Made by a program: the position numbers and the translations under genes. Under the pieces are notes generated by a model that searched no databases, was not told where the DNA came from, and was given only the letters and a program-made list of their open reading frames with translations. A stretch of DNA of 64,000 bases from Eledone cirrhosa (Eukaryota), in contig OZ024742.1 in the NCBI GenBank assembly GCA_964016885.1, positions 340,628,001-340,692,000 of the forward strand, given 5' to 3'. Below, piece after piece: positions 1 through 12,884 of this stretch (position 1 is its first letter; each line of letters begins with the position of its first letter).

Positions 1-82
1 TTCTTTTAATAGGACACAACTTGTGAACGAAAGAACGTGACAACCTTTCATTGGTTGATTCGTTCTGTTACCGTTTGTCACT

Positions 83-84
<2 letters not shown>

Positions 85-113
<29 letters not shown>

Positions 114-146
114 CATAGATAAATACACAGATTAACTGTAATAAAC

Positions 147-215
<69 letters not shown>

Positions 216-383
216 ATGTGTGTGTGTATTTGTGTATGTATATGTATGTATATGTATGTATATGTATGTATATATATTCATGTATATGCATGTATATATA
301 TATATGTGTGTGTGTGTTTGTATGTGTGTGTGTGTATTTGTATGTGTATATGTATATGTATGTATATATATTCATGTATATGC

Positions 384-424
<41 letters not shown>

Positions 425-534
425 ATTACACACATGTAAGTACATACACACATTCATTCATACATACATAAATACATACATGCATTCATACATACATACA
501 TACATTCATTCATATATACATAGATACATACATG

Positions 535-595
<61 letters not shown>
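85..595. repeat. Compound (CA)n/(TA)n/(TG)n/(TACA)n microsatellite
   Basis: Directly visible dinucleotide and tetranucleotide runs; the overlapping ORFs are YI/CV/HT repeat artefacts. Confidence 0.95.
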
Positions 596-597
<2 letters not shown>

Positions 598-881
598 CAA
601 ACGTTGCTACCAAATCCACCATATTTCTTCGTACCTGCAACATTAGAAAACATCAAATGACCAATATTTTAAAAGAAGACAGTTTAGTGTTCTGTGGTGT
701 AATAACTGCAAAAGGCCTGCATTAAAAATTAGTAAACCATCTGCAATAATTTAATGGCGGCCAATGTAATGTAGCAAAGCAGAGCCAAAGAAGTAAATTA
801 CTGCAGACGAAATAGTTTTATTCTTTAATTCTTTTATTGGTTTCAGTTATTACACTGCGGCCATGCTGTGTCACCACATTT

Positions 882-919
<38 letters not shown>

Positions 920-933
920 TACTATTATTATAC

Positions 934-1135
934 AAGGGCGGTGAATTGGCAGTATCGGTAGAGGGTTGGACGACATGCTTTCTAGCATAGTTCTGTCCCT
1001 TTACGGTCTGAGTTCAAATCCTGTCGAGGTTAACTTTGCCTTTCATCCTTATGGGGTCGATAACATAAAGTACCAGTAATGCACTGGGTATTTGCTGGCC
1101 TGTGAAAAAGTAGAAACAATTATTATTATTATTAT
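934..1135 (+). mobile_element. tRNA-derived SINE, full-length copy with (ATT)n tail
   Basis: A-box-like TGGCAGTATCGG, B-box-like GAGTTCAAATCC, core TTAACTTTGCCTTTCATCCTTAYGGGGTCGATAA..AAGTACCAG and tail AGAAACAATTATTATT; more than 10 related copies in the window. Confidence 0.85.
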
Positions 1136-1369
1136 TGTTTTTATTTTATTTTATTATTGTTTCTGAGGTATATGCCGAGTGTCTTCCTGACACCTAGGGC
1201 AAATAAATTCTCAGTGTGCATTGGTAAGCTTATTATTATTTTAAATATATCGACCCCAGTATTTATGTCTTTCAAATATGGAACTTATTGTAAAAATGTT
1301 TTGTTGAACAGCTAATTTACGGGTACATAAGCACAGACTCATACGGAAACATCGGCTCAGGAACAGAAG

Positions 1370-1418
<49 letters not shown>

Positions 1419-1419
1419 G

Positions 1420-1535
<116 letters not shown>

Positions 1536-2279
1536 AGAGTATTGAAGTTTGCTTGAAGCATTGTGGAATAATAAGGTAAATTTCTTTAAGTCGTTTGGAA
1601 GCCTCGACAATGCAAATGGGTAAATCTCCGGGTAACAAGATCCGGTGGTGGAGAGAGAGATGTAAGTGGGTGTACGTTGAGATGCGTGGCGTGTATAAGA
1701 CGTGTAGAGGAATGAAGGAAAGAGCGTAAAGGATAAAATAAAAATAACAACACGAGAGAGAATTACCTTGGGAGAGATTTAATTGTCCCTATATATTTCG
1801 GATTCACATCCATCAACTGGGGGTTTTTTCAGGGGTGGGGGAAAGGGTGTCTGTCGGAAAGGTGCGAAACGCGTCTCCGCTGCTCGTTGTTTTGAATATT
1901 CAGCAGAGCGCGCGTGCGCGTGTAATGGGGTCGGTCGGGCAGAGGTCAGCGGCCGAAGTAGTTCTTTCAATTGTGGGAGTGTGGTGGCGCTAGCTGTCAG
2001 TCCATTCTTTGCCTGTTTGTTGAATGTTACTGTGTGTGTGTGCGTGGGTGTGTTGTTGTCTCGCTTGAGTGTGTGTGTGTGCGTGTGTTGTTGTCTCGCT
2101 TGAGTGTGTGTGCGTGCGTTGTTGCCTTGTTCCTCTGTATTGGCAGTGTAGTATGTTCGTATGGTGGAATGCTACTGTGTGTGTGTGTGTGTTTGTGTGT
2201 TGCTGTCTCGCTTGTGTGTGCGTGTGTTGCTGTCTCGCTTGTGTGTGTGTGTGCGTGTGTTGCTGCATCGTTTGTTAAC

Positions 2280-2600
2280 TTAAACCAACCACCTCATTTC
2301 GCTTCTCTCGGATCGATTGTTTATTTGTGGCTCTAGGCGTTTGAGCCAAAGTGCTTCCTTGATACGTAACGTGCCGACGTTTCTTTCAGTCGCTAGAATT
2401 GTGACAATGGGCCTTCGGTCTTTGTTTCCGCATTTATCCATGTGTTTCCGGAAAGACGAGGCCCTGGTTTTAGTGTGTTCCTTGATCCGGATGTGCAAAG
2501 GTTGGATTGTGCTACCTATATAGTATTGGTTGCACTTATTACATTCTGTCTTATACACGACGTATGTGCGTAGGCAAGAGTTCGCATGGCGCATCGGGCA
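2280..2600 (-). pseudogene. Penelope-like element fragment, GIY-YIG endonuclease C-terminus
   Basis: VVYKTECNKCNQYYIGSTIQPLHIRIKEH...LRIKEALWLKRLEPQINNRSE parallels the GIY-YIG domain of the 764-aa ORF at 28670-30964. Confidence 0.8.
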
Positions 2601-2798
2601 GTCTCTGAGGGAGCACGCATCAGTTGATTTTCCGGGTTTCCTGGAGAGGCATCTTCGCAGGGAGGGGCCCGAGTGGGCCAGGAGCCTTGCGGATAGCGTT
2701 GGTGGTATTCTCGCCTAAGTGTGGCATTTTAAGGAAGCACTTGCCTTGGGTTTCTCTCTGTCTCTTGTGTCTAGTGTCTCCTACTCTGTCTGTGAGCG

Positions 2799-2888
<90 letters not shown>

Positions 2889-2903
2889 CGTCTCTCTATG
2901 TCT

Positions 2904-2949
<46 letters not shown>

Positions 2950-3560
2950 TGAAGTAAAAGTTAAGTGGAAATATCCAAGAGTAAGAACACTCAGTCCATA
3001 GGACGAGTTTAGTATAAATAATTACATCAGTGACATAAATAGGTACTCAAGTTTCGTTGGGTTCTGAGCTCCAATTTCTTCAGCCAGTCATGAGAAAAGA
3101 TGGACGCCTATGTTTGATTGTGCCTTCCTATGGGGATATAACAAAAGAGTTCACGCAGGGACAGGTAATTTAGAAAAAGTATGGAAAAAAGGGGTTATTT
3201 TAAAAGAATAGGGGTAAGCTATAAGGGAGGTAACTTATGAGAGACCTCAGTCTATTCAGAATGGAAATAGAAGCACAATAATTTCTTCTAGTTGACTCCG
3301 GGGATCACATTTCACTGAAATACAATATAGTCAGTAACTCGAAAAATACTTCTGGTCCTGTTAGTCAGGCCTAATCCATTTATCCAAAATATATTTCTTC
3401 ACATGAGGATAATCGCCAAAGCAATCGAGTCGTGTGCTAAGGCAGTGCTTATCCGAAGCTAATTGTGAGAGTATCCACCATTTTTCGGAATTACAAAACC
3501 GACAAAATTTCGACCCATTTACGTAGGCGGTAAATATATCCAAAATACGCCATTTGATGG
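2950..3560 (-). mobile_element. Second PLE 3' fragment (endonuclease C-terminus plus 3' region) ending in (TA)n
   Basis: AYVNGSKFCRFCNSEKWWIL...LSTRLDCFGDYPHVKKYIL resembles the PLE C-terminal Y..xxKxCxLCxxEK..LNxRxE..CxH motif (from recall); a hammerhead motif lies downstream at 3042-3085. Confidence 0.6.
3042..3085 (-). ncRNA. Minimal hammerhead ribozyme motif
   Basis: Minus strand: GG-CTGAAGA-A-ATTGG[agctcagaac]CCAAC-GAAA-CTTGAG-TA-CC. Stem I is only 2 bp and stem II has one mismatch. Confidence 0.55.
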
Positions 3561-3649
3561 GAAAAGGCGCGCCATTGTTTTTAAGGTCCTATACGTGGTT
3601 TGCGAGCTGGGTGGTATGTTTTTTTATCATGATATATGAATGGGACCTT

Positions 3650-3850
3650 AAGAACGTTGTCATATTTTGGGATGGTCATGTTGCTAACATTGCCAATAGA
3701 AAAACACACACGCACCATGTAATTTTCTTTTTATATTTATTCGTCGTTATTCATTTGTTTATCAAAGTTCTTTCGTCACACATTCTGTGATCTCCTCAAT
3801 GACTATCTGTTTTGTGCCTTCTTTTTCCCCTCGTCTTAAAATTATACTCA
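3650..3850 (-). mobile_element. Diverged copy of the 3' end of the 28-32 kb PLE family
   Basis: TTTGGGATGGTCATGTTG...CCAATAGAAAAACACAC and AAAGTTCTTTCGTCACACATTCTGTGA match 28280-28460. Confidence 0.7.
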
Positions 3851-4014
3851 ATCTTGTCTTTGTCTGTGTGTTTTGTGTAAATATTTGTGTGTTTGTATGT
3901 ATGCACGTATGTATGTATATATTTGTGTGTTTTTATGTATGCGCGTATGTATGTATATATGTATATATACATACACATATTGTATGTATACTTACGTATA
4001 TATTATATGTATAT

Positions 4015-4103
4015 AATTGTTTCTACTTTTTGGCACAAGGCCAGCAATTACCCAGTGCATTACTGGTACTTTATTTTATCGACCCTGTAAGGATGAAAGG
4101 CAA
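4015..4103 (-). mobile_element. SINE 3' half
   Basis: Reverse complement of the SINE core and tail. Confidence 0.8.
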
Positions 4104-4199
4104 GTGGTGGAGATACACATGTGTGACTTTGTGTCTCTTGTTACGCATATTATAATAATCAAAATATTGCGTACAGTGCTCAGGTGCACCACAACTCAT

Positions 4200-4490
4200 C
4201 AAAAGTGTATGTATTGTACATAGGGTAATGTACAACGTCAGGAAAATGAACAGTGCATGAGTCATGATATACACATGTATGCATGTGTATGGAAGGGGTA
4301 CATCAAGTGTAGTTTTGGCGTATTTCGGGTAGCATGAGGGTTTTAAAGGATGCAGTGTCTCGGCAGCTAACAACTGACGCAGGCAGTTTATTCCATGCTT
4401 CAGCATGTTTCCGAAAGTCATGGGAGCTGTGCTGTTTTTTGACTTTGTAGGCATGTCCACGTGTGTTAGACACATGGAGATCAAAGAAGG
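4200..4490 (-). pseudogene. CR1/L2-type LINE 3' fragment
   Basis: NTRGHAYKVKKQ...RKH...AWNKLPASVVSCRDTASFK matches the CR1 ORF2 C-terminal TRGH..K/WN.LP..VV/FK pattern. Confidence 0.7.
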
Positions 4491-4683
4491 TGCGCAGGGT
4501 TGTTATCTGCATTAGTATCGAAGTCCAGTAACTTACCGGTTCGGCAAAGAATAAGATCGATGAAATAGGTACCCGACTTGAAACCATATGCACTGGGTAT
4601 GATAAGATCGATATCGATTAAAATCGATGTGGTGTTCAGGCATGGCCATAGATTAACATCCGAATTTAGGAAAAAGAATATAT

Positions 4684-4865
4684 AATTGTTTCTACTTTTG
4701 GCACAAAGCCAGCAATTATCCCAGTGTATTACTGGTACTTTATTTTATCGACCCCGTAAGGATGAAAGGCAAAGTTAACCTTGGTGGGATTTGAACTTAG
4801 AACGTAAAGGGACGTAACTATGCTGGAAAGCATGGCGTCCGATCCTCTACCGATACAGCCAATTC
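4684..4865 (-). mobile_element. SINE, near full length
   Basis: Reverse complement of the 934-1135 SINE. Confidence 0.85.
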
Positions 4866-5477
4866 AAATAATACCAAAGAATTACCTCCATTTGTTTAAA
4901 GACAACATTTCATTTAATAATAATTCGGCTGGTATTTCTAGCATGTCAAGTGACCTAATAGAGACCCCTATGGTAACAAAGGGAGACCACTAGGAGCCAA
5001 CGAAGCATCACGAGCGTATATTTTCCCTGATCTTCTCGAAAAACATTCGACAAATGTTTTATTTGCATCAATCTTAATGGGAGGAAAAAAAACCCTCCGC
5101 GTGTTTTATGAAAGGTATTTGTCAGCATTTACACACAAACACACAGAACATACACATACGTAAATATAGACACATACATACACACGTTAGTAAATACGTT
5201 AGTGTATGTGTATGTGTGTGTATATGTGAGTGTATGTGAGTGTGTGTATGTATTTGTGTGTGTGAGTGTACGTGTGTGTGTATGTGTGTATGTGTGAGTA
5301 GTGTACGTGTGTGTGTATTTATGTATCTGTGTGTGTGCATGTGTGTGTATTTATGTATGTGTGAGTGTATGAGTGTTTCCTTTTGAACGTTAGAAATGGA
5401 ATAAAAGATACTTTGAGATGAATTTCTAGAGATAAAAACATACTCGCTTACACTGGCATTGATATAGTTGTGTGTTC

Positions 5478-6650
<1,173 letters not shown>

Positions 6651-7524
6651 TGTAAGTTTGACCGTATCTATTTCTGTTTGTGTGCGCGCGTGTATGTATA
6701 TATACTTGTATGTATATAATATATATGTTGGTACGTATCAGTGCACATACACAATGTGAGAATGATATCAATGAATAGTTATAGCTCATTCATTGTTGGA
6801 ATCATCAATGTTTTGATGGATCGATTCCCGTGGGGGACTAGAACCACTGACCTCACCGTTTCTCTCTTCTCGCTCGGCTACAAGCTGAATCATTTGAAAA
6901 GAAAATGGAAGTTAAAAAATAATCAAAAACCACTCTACATATCATAAGTTTTTTGGTATTTACGCGAACAGAATTAGAGTACTCTATAGATATAATATGA
7001 TATAGTCCGTTAGTTATAATACATCGTAAATCTATGCTTCATACACATCTCATACCAAGCAATTATCAGAGAAGAGACACAATCGATTTCTAGAAATATG
7101 CGAAACATAGGGAAAAATATACTATGGCCATCATTTACAATCGATTATTATTTGGTGGTATGTACCAAGAGTTTTAGGTGCCCATGCTATTGCGAGTACA
7201 CATAGTTACCCAACTGATTATTCACCTCTTGATCAAATGGAACGTCTATGATGTGAATGCTAGAAAAGGAGACACCTCTACCAGCAATCAAATGATACAT
7301 TTTGTTTTTCGATCTTGAAACGATGACATGTAAAAACGTCCTGGGCGAGATTTGAACTCAAAGTGCTGAGAACCGAAACAAATATCCAAACTGCTAAAGA
7401 CTGCAAATCTATTCTGCCATATATTGTTTATTAGTGTTTCATATATTGTAATGGTGCTAGTTAAAGCTGATGATCCTCAATGGTCCAGGAACTTGTCTAG
7501 AGTTTAATCCCTTGCCGGGAAAAT

Positions 7525-7562
<38 letters not shown>

Positions 7563-7564
7563 TT

Positions 7565-7860
7565 ATGCCAAGCTGAAAGGGTATTGAAAGACACTGTTTT
7601 CTGTTATATAAAAACTACATAATAGTACCACTGATGATGTCACAGATGTGTGACGAAAGAACTTTGATAGATTATATATATATATTTATATCTGTATTTT
7701 TAACCGGTGGTTGATCAATGGTAAACATTGTTTGCCAAATAAATTAACTATGAAGATATAAAGGATACAGAAGCGAAAACCAACCCAAACAAAACAGTGA
7801 GTGTGTTTTATATATTTCTGGCAATATTATAACAATATGACCCTCCCCAAATATAACAAT
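7565..7860 (+). mobile_element. Diverged PLE 3' end with hammerhead core at 7631-7658, flanked by (TA)n
   Basis: CTGATGA-T-GTCACA[gatg]TGTGAC-GAAA-GAAC-TT-TGA; ends ATGACCCTCCCCAAATATAACAAT as at 31877-31900. Confidence 0.75.
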
Positions 7861-8006
7861 ATATATATATATATATATATATTTGTGTGTGTGTGTGTGT
7901 GTGTGTACGTGTGTTTCATCTTCCGGCTAATAAGGGAACAAACTCGAGACAAGTTTCTGGATCATATGTGAAACCCTAACCATATGGTAGAATAGATTAA
8001 CAGTCT

Positions 8007-8093
<87 letters not shown>

Positions 8094-8099
<6 letters not shown>

Positions 8100-8360
8100 T
8101 AACAGATTAAAGTTTAAGCAAAGAATCGCTGCTTTCACCCTTAACGGGATCTTCTGAAACTAAAAAAAATTATTTTTAGTTTCAGAAGATCCCGTTAAGG
8201 GTGAAATCAGCGACTCTTTGCTTAAACTTTAATCTGTTCTTGATGAAGGACTAGCGTCCGAAACGTTAAAACCCTCTCCCTGCTATATCAAGCGTGAACT
8301 GAATATATCCTTTCCCTATACTGTACCGATTGTGTTGTTATTTCTGTTTACCTTTTACAT
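8094..8360. mobile_element. Palindromic PLE-type end between (TA)n tracts
   Basis: Arms ~8101-8166 and ~8174-8238 are inverted repeats. The right arm continues into TTGATGA-A-GGAC[tagc]GTCC-GAAA-CGTT, a hammerhead-like motif. The left arm recurs at 37844-37918 and 40290-40362. Confidence 0.75.
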
Positions 8361-8566
8361 ACATATATATATATATATATATATGAAATACGTTCCTTCA
8401 CGCACAAGGCGCCAAGGTACGCATGACCTACCTCCTTTTGCCTCTATCTTTGCTACGGCCCTTGATAAACCTGTTCTACATCATCCACTCTCATCCCAGG
8501 AACAGTTTTTGATAGTGCTAGTTTGTGATTTAAATTCAGGAATTTTATATTCTTTGAATGAAAAGA

Positions 8567-8650
8567 ACCTTCTGACGAGAATCTTTCTTTGCAACGAAGG
8601 CCGTATGGTCTCCGTTTTATTTTTGGGATTCGAAACCGATCGGTAAAGGT
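8567..8650 (+). ncRNA. Type I hammerhead ribozyme, long stem-II loop
   Basis: ACCTT-CTGACGA-GAATCTT[~39 nt]GGGATTC-GAAA-CCGATCGG-TA-AAGGT: intact core, 5-bp stem I, palindromic stem III and a GUA cleavage triplet. Confidence 0.8.
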
Positions 8651-9529
8651 AACTATAGTAGGTAAAGTCAATTTTTTTAAATTTATTTTGAAACTTTTTC
8701 ATTATTTACTAAACCTTGTTTATATATATATATATATATAGTTCCAGTTCAATGGAATAGCTTGCCCGTGAAGTTAATATGTAAGCAGCTAAGTATTCCT
8801 GTGACACGTGTGTATATAACGTAAGCCTCAGATACATTCAGCGTGGCAGAGTGTGTGATGAATCTGGCCTTTTGAATTACAGCTACAGTCCATCTGACAG
8901 ACTTGGATTTACATAATTTAACACACGGGGCTTGGGTCAACCCGTGACTATCGTAACTGACATTTGCCGGCCCAGCCATGCTGTGAGATCAAGCTTAGAA
9001 CCTCAAAATTGCCAAACGTACTTAACTATTCAGTCCTACTGTGTCCATAATCGAGTTGCACGATGTTTTTCGTTCAGTAAATATTATTTTCCCGGCTTTA
9101 GTATATTTTTTCACGTTCCATGAATTAAATATATTTATATGTACTATTATTTACCTAACTGTTTATCTGACCTATCGTGTCTCGGGATTATTCAATGTTC
9201 CATGAATTAAATATTCTGACACCCGTTTACCTGCTGATAGATAATCCATTCAGTCAATCTCTTATTTTTTGACACTTTTACTCAATAATATATCCAGTGT
9301 TTACCCTTGTAGCAGTCATGCTCAACACAACACCGGTGTTGGTTTACATCAACACAACAGATGTTTCGGGCCACAAACAGTCAAAATATTACGTGACTCA
9401 TTTTTCGTAGAAAAAGAAAAAAACAAACAAAGTGTATTGAATATCGAACCTGATCCGTTGCAGACGAGAAATGGCCAAAATAAACGCTATGAATATTATT
9501 TTTATTATTATTATTGTTATTATTATAAT

Positions 9530-10190
9530 TGAAGGCGGTCGTTTGGAAGTGTCGGTAGAGCGTCAGACGCCATGCTTTGCAGCATAGTTATGGCCTTTTG
9601 CGTTCTGAGTTCAAATCCACCGAGGTTAACTTTGCCTTTCATCCTTACGAGGTCGATAAAATAAAGTACCAGTGGTGCACTGGGGTAATCGCTGGTCTTG
9701 TGCCAAAAGTAGGAAATTATTATTGAAGGCGGTGGATTGGCAGTATCGGTAGGGGTCGGACGCCATGCTTTGACGCATAGAGTTACGGCCCTTGCCATTC
9801 TGAATTCAAATCCCGCCTAGGTTACCTTTGTCTTTCATCCTTACGAGGTCGATAAAATAAAGTATAGGTCACGCACTGGGATCGATTTAATCGACTTTCC
9901 CCTCCCCCTAAAATGGTTGGCCTTGTGCCTAAATCAGAAACCATTGTTGTTGTTGTTGTTGCCGTTGTTGACGGCGGTGGATTTGCAGAATCGTTAGGGC
10001 ATCGGATAAAATGGTTTGTGACATTTAGTTACGGCGCTTTACTTTCTGAGTTATAAAGCCACTGAGGTCTTCTTTTGCTTTTCATCTTTCCAGAGTCGAT
10101 AAAATAAAGTACCAGTCACGTACTGAGTCTATGTAATCGACTTTGTCCCACCCCATAAATTGCTGGCCTTGTGCTTAAATTAGAAAGCTT
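9530..10190 (+). mobile_element. Three tandem head-to-tail SINE copies (~9530-9720, ~9725-9945, ~9970-10190)
   Basis: Each starts with GGCGGT(G/C)G.TT(G/T)G and contains the B box and core; copies are separated by (ATT)n or (GTT)n. Confidence 0.85.
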
Positions 10191-10456
10191 CTAGTTTCTT
10201 TTTTGCCTAAAATTGACGTTTTTTGTAACAAAAGGAAGTTTATTTCCTTAACGTTTTGTGTATATTTGATTGAACAAGGACACAAGCCACCATTTGTTCT
10301 CCCTTAAGTTACCTTTATCACTGCGAGTGTGGAGAAGCAAGTTTTATTTGGGAGTCATCAAAATTTGACATTTTAAAAATAGTCAATCGAAATATGGACA
10401 TCCATAAAGCAACAACAACGATAATAGTATTTGAATAAGACATCTACGTTACAGAT

Positions 10457-10532
<76 letters not shown>

Positions 10533-12169
10533 TTATAGAGAGAGGGGGGGGCTAGAGAGGCAACATACTACAGAGAAGGGCTGGAAAGGGATAGTACAAA
10601 AAGGGGTAACGTTGACTCGCAAAGTAGCAGCCATATATTACACCAGACATGTAAGAAATATGGAACTTTAATTAACAATAGTAGCAGGGTCATCTACAAC
10701 AACAGCAACAACAACAGCCACAGTAAAAGTTGAAACACAGCAACAGCAACACCAACAACTAATACCTACATCATCACCAACACCGACAACAAGACTGATA
10801 CCGACACAGATTTAATAAAAAGAAATTTAACTTTTGCCTGGACAAGAAAATTCCTGGACGACTCATAATGTAAAGAACATCTCAAGTTTGAGACAGAATT
10901 TTCAAAGCTGACATTATACGACCCAGTGTAATGGGGCTATACTCAAAAGGAAAGAGCAGGCCATTCTCTAAAAATGCAGTACTGTAGGGAAAATAATACT
11001 GAGATACCCTGCTCCCAACGAGACTAAAGAATTCATAAAGAGAATGTGACCCTTAGTCTTCTGTATTCAGAGTAGAAAGCAACACGGCGATGGCAGCCAT
11101 TTGAGAAAGGGAGGAAGAAGCTCGCCACAATATTCTGTAACTGTTGACACTTTGTGACGGTCGCCTTATATATAGGACACTGACACACATGAATTAGCAT
11201 TAACGACGTTCCGCTCCACTGGGATACGACCCGATTGAGGATGAAGGATTATGGACTGAGCTGAAACCATCCCCCAAGCAAACAAAATTGGAATATCATT
11301 CAAGTTCTAAGCAATACTGCATGCTGGACCATTTCTAGTTCGAAGACTGTGAAACATTTCGGGCTAAAGAGTAAAAAACCAAAGTCGTACTGATGCAATA
11401 AAATAAACCTTAAGACCTTCTCAAACACTGGAGTAACAACAATAACAGGAGCTTGGTCCTTACACTTAAATGGAGGGAATCAGGAGAACGTGACTTAAGA
11501 GTGCAAGAAAGTAAAGGCAGCAACCGCTGGAAGAAGCCCATAAACAAGTACACCATCCACATTCAATAAGGGCTGAAAGATAGAGAACCCAAGGAGTCCG
11601 AATATCAACTGATGGAGAGGAGGGTTGAACAGCTGGAATCAGCACTTCAAAGCTCAAAACAACAGCATCAAGGCAAACAACACATCGAAACTAATTACAG
11701 TCACATCGTCCACAACAACAACCACCCCGGGAACAAAGCAGCAATAGTCACAACAACAAAGAGAACAACAGCTGCCACAGAAATTAAAGAAAGCATAAAC
11801 ACAACAGCAAGAAAGAATACAACCATAACAACAACTAAAACAACAGAAACAGAAGCAACAATAACAGCATCTCGAAAGAGAACGGTGAACACAGCCACAC
11901 GAACCACAAGTACGCATTCCTCCAAAAGGAGAACGTGCATTGCTAGAGTTCGTAAACATGAACAAAGACATACTTTTTACTTTGGGCAGGAGACTCGGTG
12001 AGGCAACCATCTGCGGAGTCCCACAGGGAAGAGTCTTAAGATTACATTTGAAATATATCAATGACTGAGAAGATATTTACCATATAGCATGAGATCTCTC
12101 AATAACATTCTAGACGAAAGAGATTTGGAGGATGCTTAGAAGGGCACCGAAGAACAAGATGAGCAGCCA

Positions 12170-12410
12170 GACAAGTGTAAGCCAGGGAATGGTTACACTG
12201 ATAACAATAGACTTGATCAAAGGTGACGGTATAGAAAATGTCAGGGCCGTAACTCTACTGAACAAAGATGTAAATGTTTTGGCATAGGTACTTGCCAAGA
12301 GGTGATCCCCGGTAGATCTATCCATAACAACCTAGACATCATGAGATACATAATCGTAAAGTGGGTCGGATGTTGACCCAACTCTAGTGGGGCACTGGTT
12401 AAGTTTTAGA
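12170..12410 (+). pseudogene. Relic L1/Tx1 ORF2 RT fragment (third copy)
   Basis: Manual translation gives SVSQGMVTLI..GDGIENVRAVTLLNKDVNVLA*VLAKR..RSIHNNLDIMRYI, compared with SVSRGAVALL..GDNIDNFRPITLLNTEFKILAKVLAKR..RSIHDNLHLMRYI in the intact ORF2. The upstream ACA-rich 10600-12100 may be its decayed 5' part. Confidence 0.7.
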
Positions 12411-12464
12411 ATAGTTCCTCTCCCAAAATTGCTGGCCTTGAGCCTATGTAAGAAACCATTATTC

Positions 12465-12572
12465 TTGTTTTTGTTAATTTGTTTTTACTCCTTTTACTGT
12501 AAATACCCACTGTCCCTGTCTTTGTATTGTCCCCTATATGTCGGCCCTCGTGGCCAATAAATGAAACCATTA
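12465..12572 (+). mobile_element. Isolated Tx1 3' UTR fragment
   Basis: CCCACTGTCCC..TTTGTATTGTCCCCTATAT..GTGGCCAATAAATGAAACCATT closely matches 18383-18450. Confidence 0.8.
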
Positions 12573-12573
12573 C

Positions 12574-12679
12574 GGAGTCGATAAAATAAAGCACCAGTAA
12601 TGCACTGGGGTTACTACTGGCCTTGTGCCAAAAAACAGAAACATCATTATTATTATTATTATTATTATTTATTATTATT
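12574..12679 (+). mobile_element. SINE 3' half with (ATT)n
   Basis: GTCGATAAAATAAAGCACCAG..CTGGCCTTGTGCC..AGAAACATCATTATT. Confidence 0.8.
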
Positions 12680-12884
12680 GGTCTAAGCGGACCTATTTTG
12701 CTCGCTCCCAGTAAGTCGCTTTATTTGCCTGTTAAAATTATTTCTTTTTAAATATTTCTGGTTGTGTAAGGGATATAAGCCCTTAGACTTTGCCCTGTGA
12801 AGGGGAAAGTATAATATTTGGGCTTTTTGGCCCAAATATTTGAACTTTTTTTACATGTTAAAAAATTTACGGAGAAAAAGAAAC

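Noticed and set aside
934-1030. tRNA-like A and B boxes
   Set aside because: They are SINE heads; no cloverleaf is formed and each runs into the SINE core.
1850-1885. GAAACGCGTC, a hammerhead-like 3' half
   Set aside because: No upstream CUGANGA or stem II, and it is opposite in strand to the neighbouring PLE fragment.
6810-6900. FPWGTRTTDLTVSLFSLGYKL, similar to the Tc1/mariner WPxxSPDLxPxD motif
   Set aside because: Too short and degenerate to support a call.
8178-8220. CAGAAGA-TCCC[gttaa]GGGT-GAAA hammerhead-like motif (also at 37880 and 40330, minus strand)
   Set aside because: The core has A in place of U4 and no stem I can be formed; not counted.
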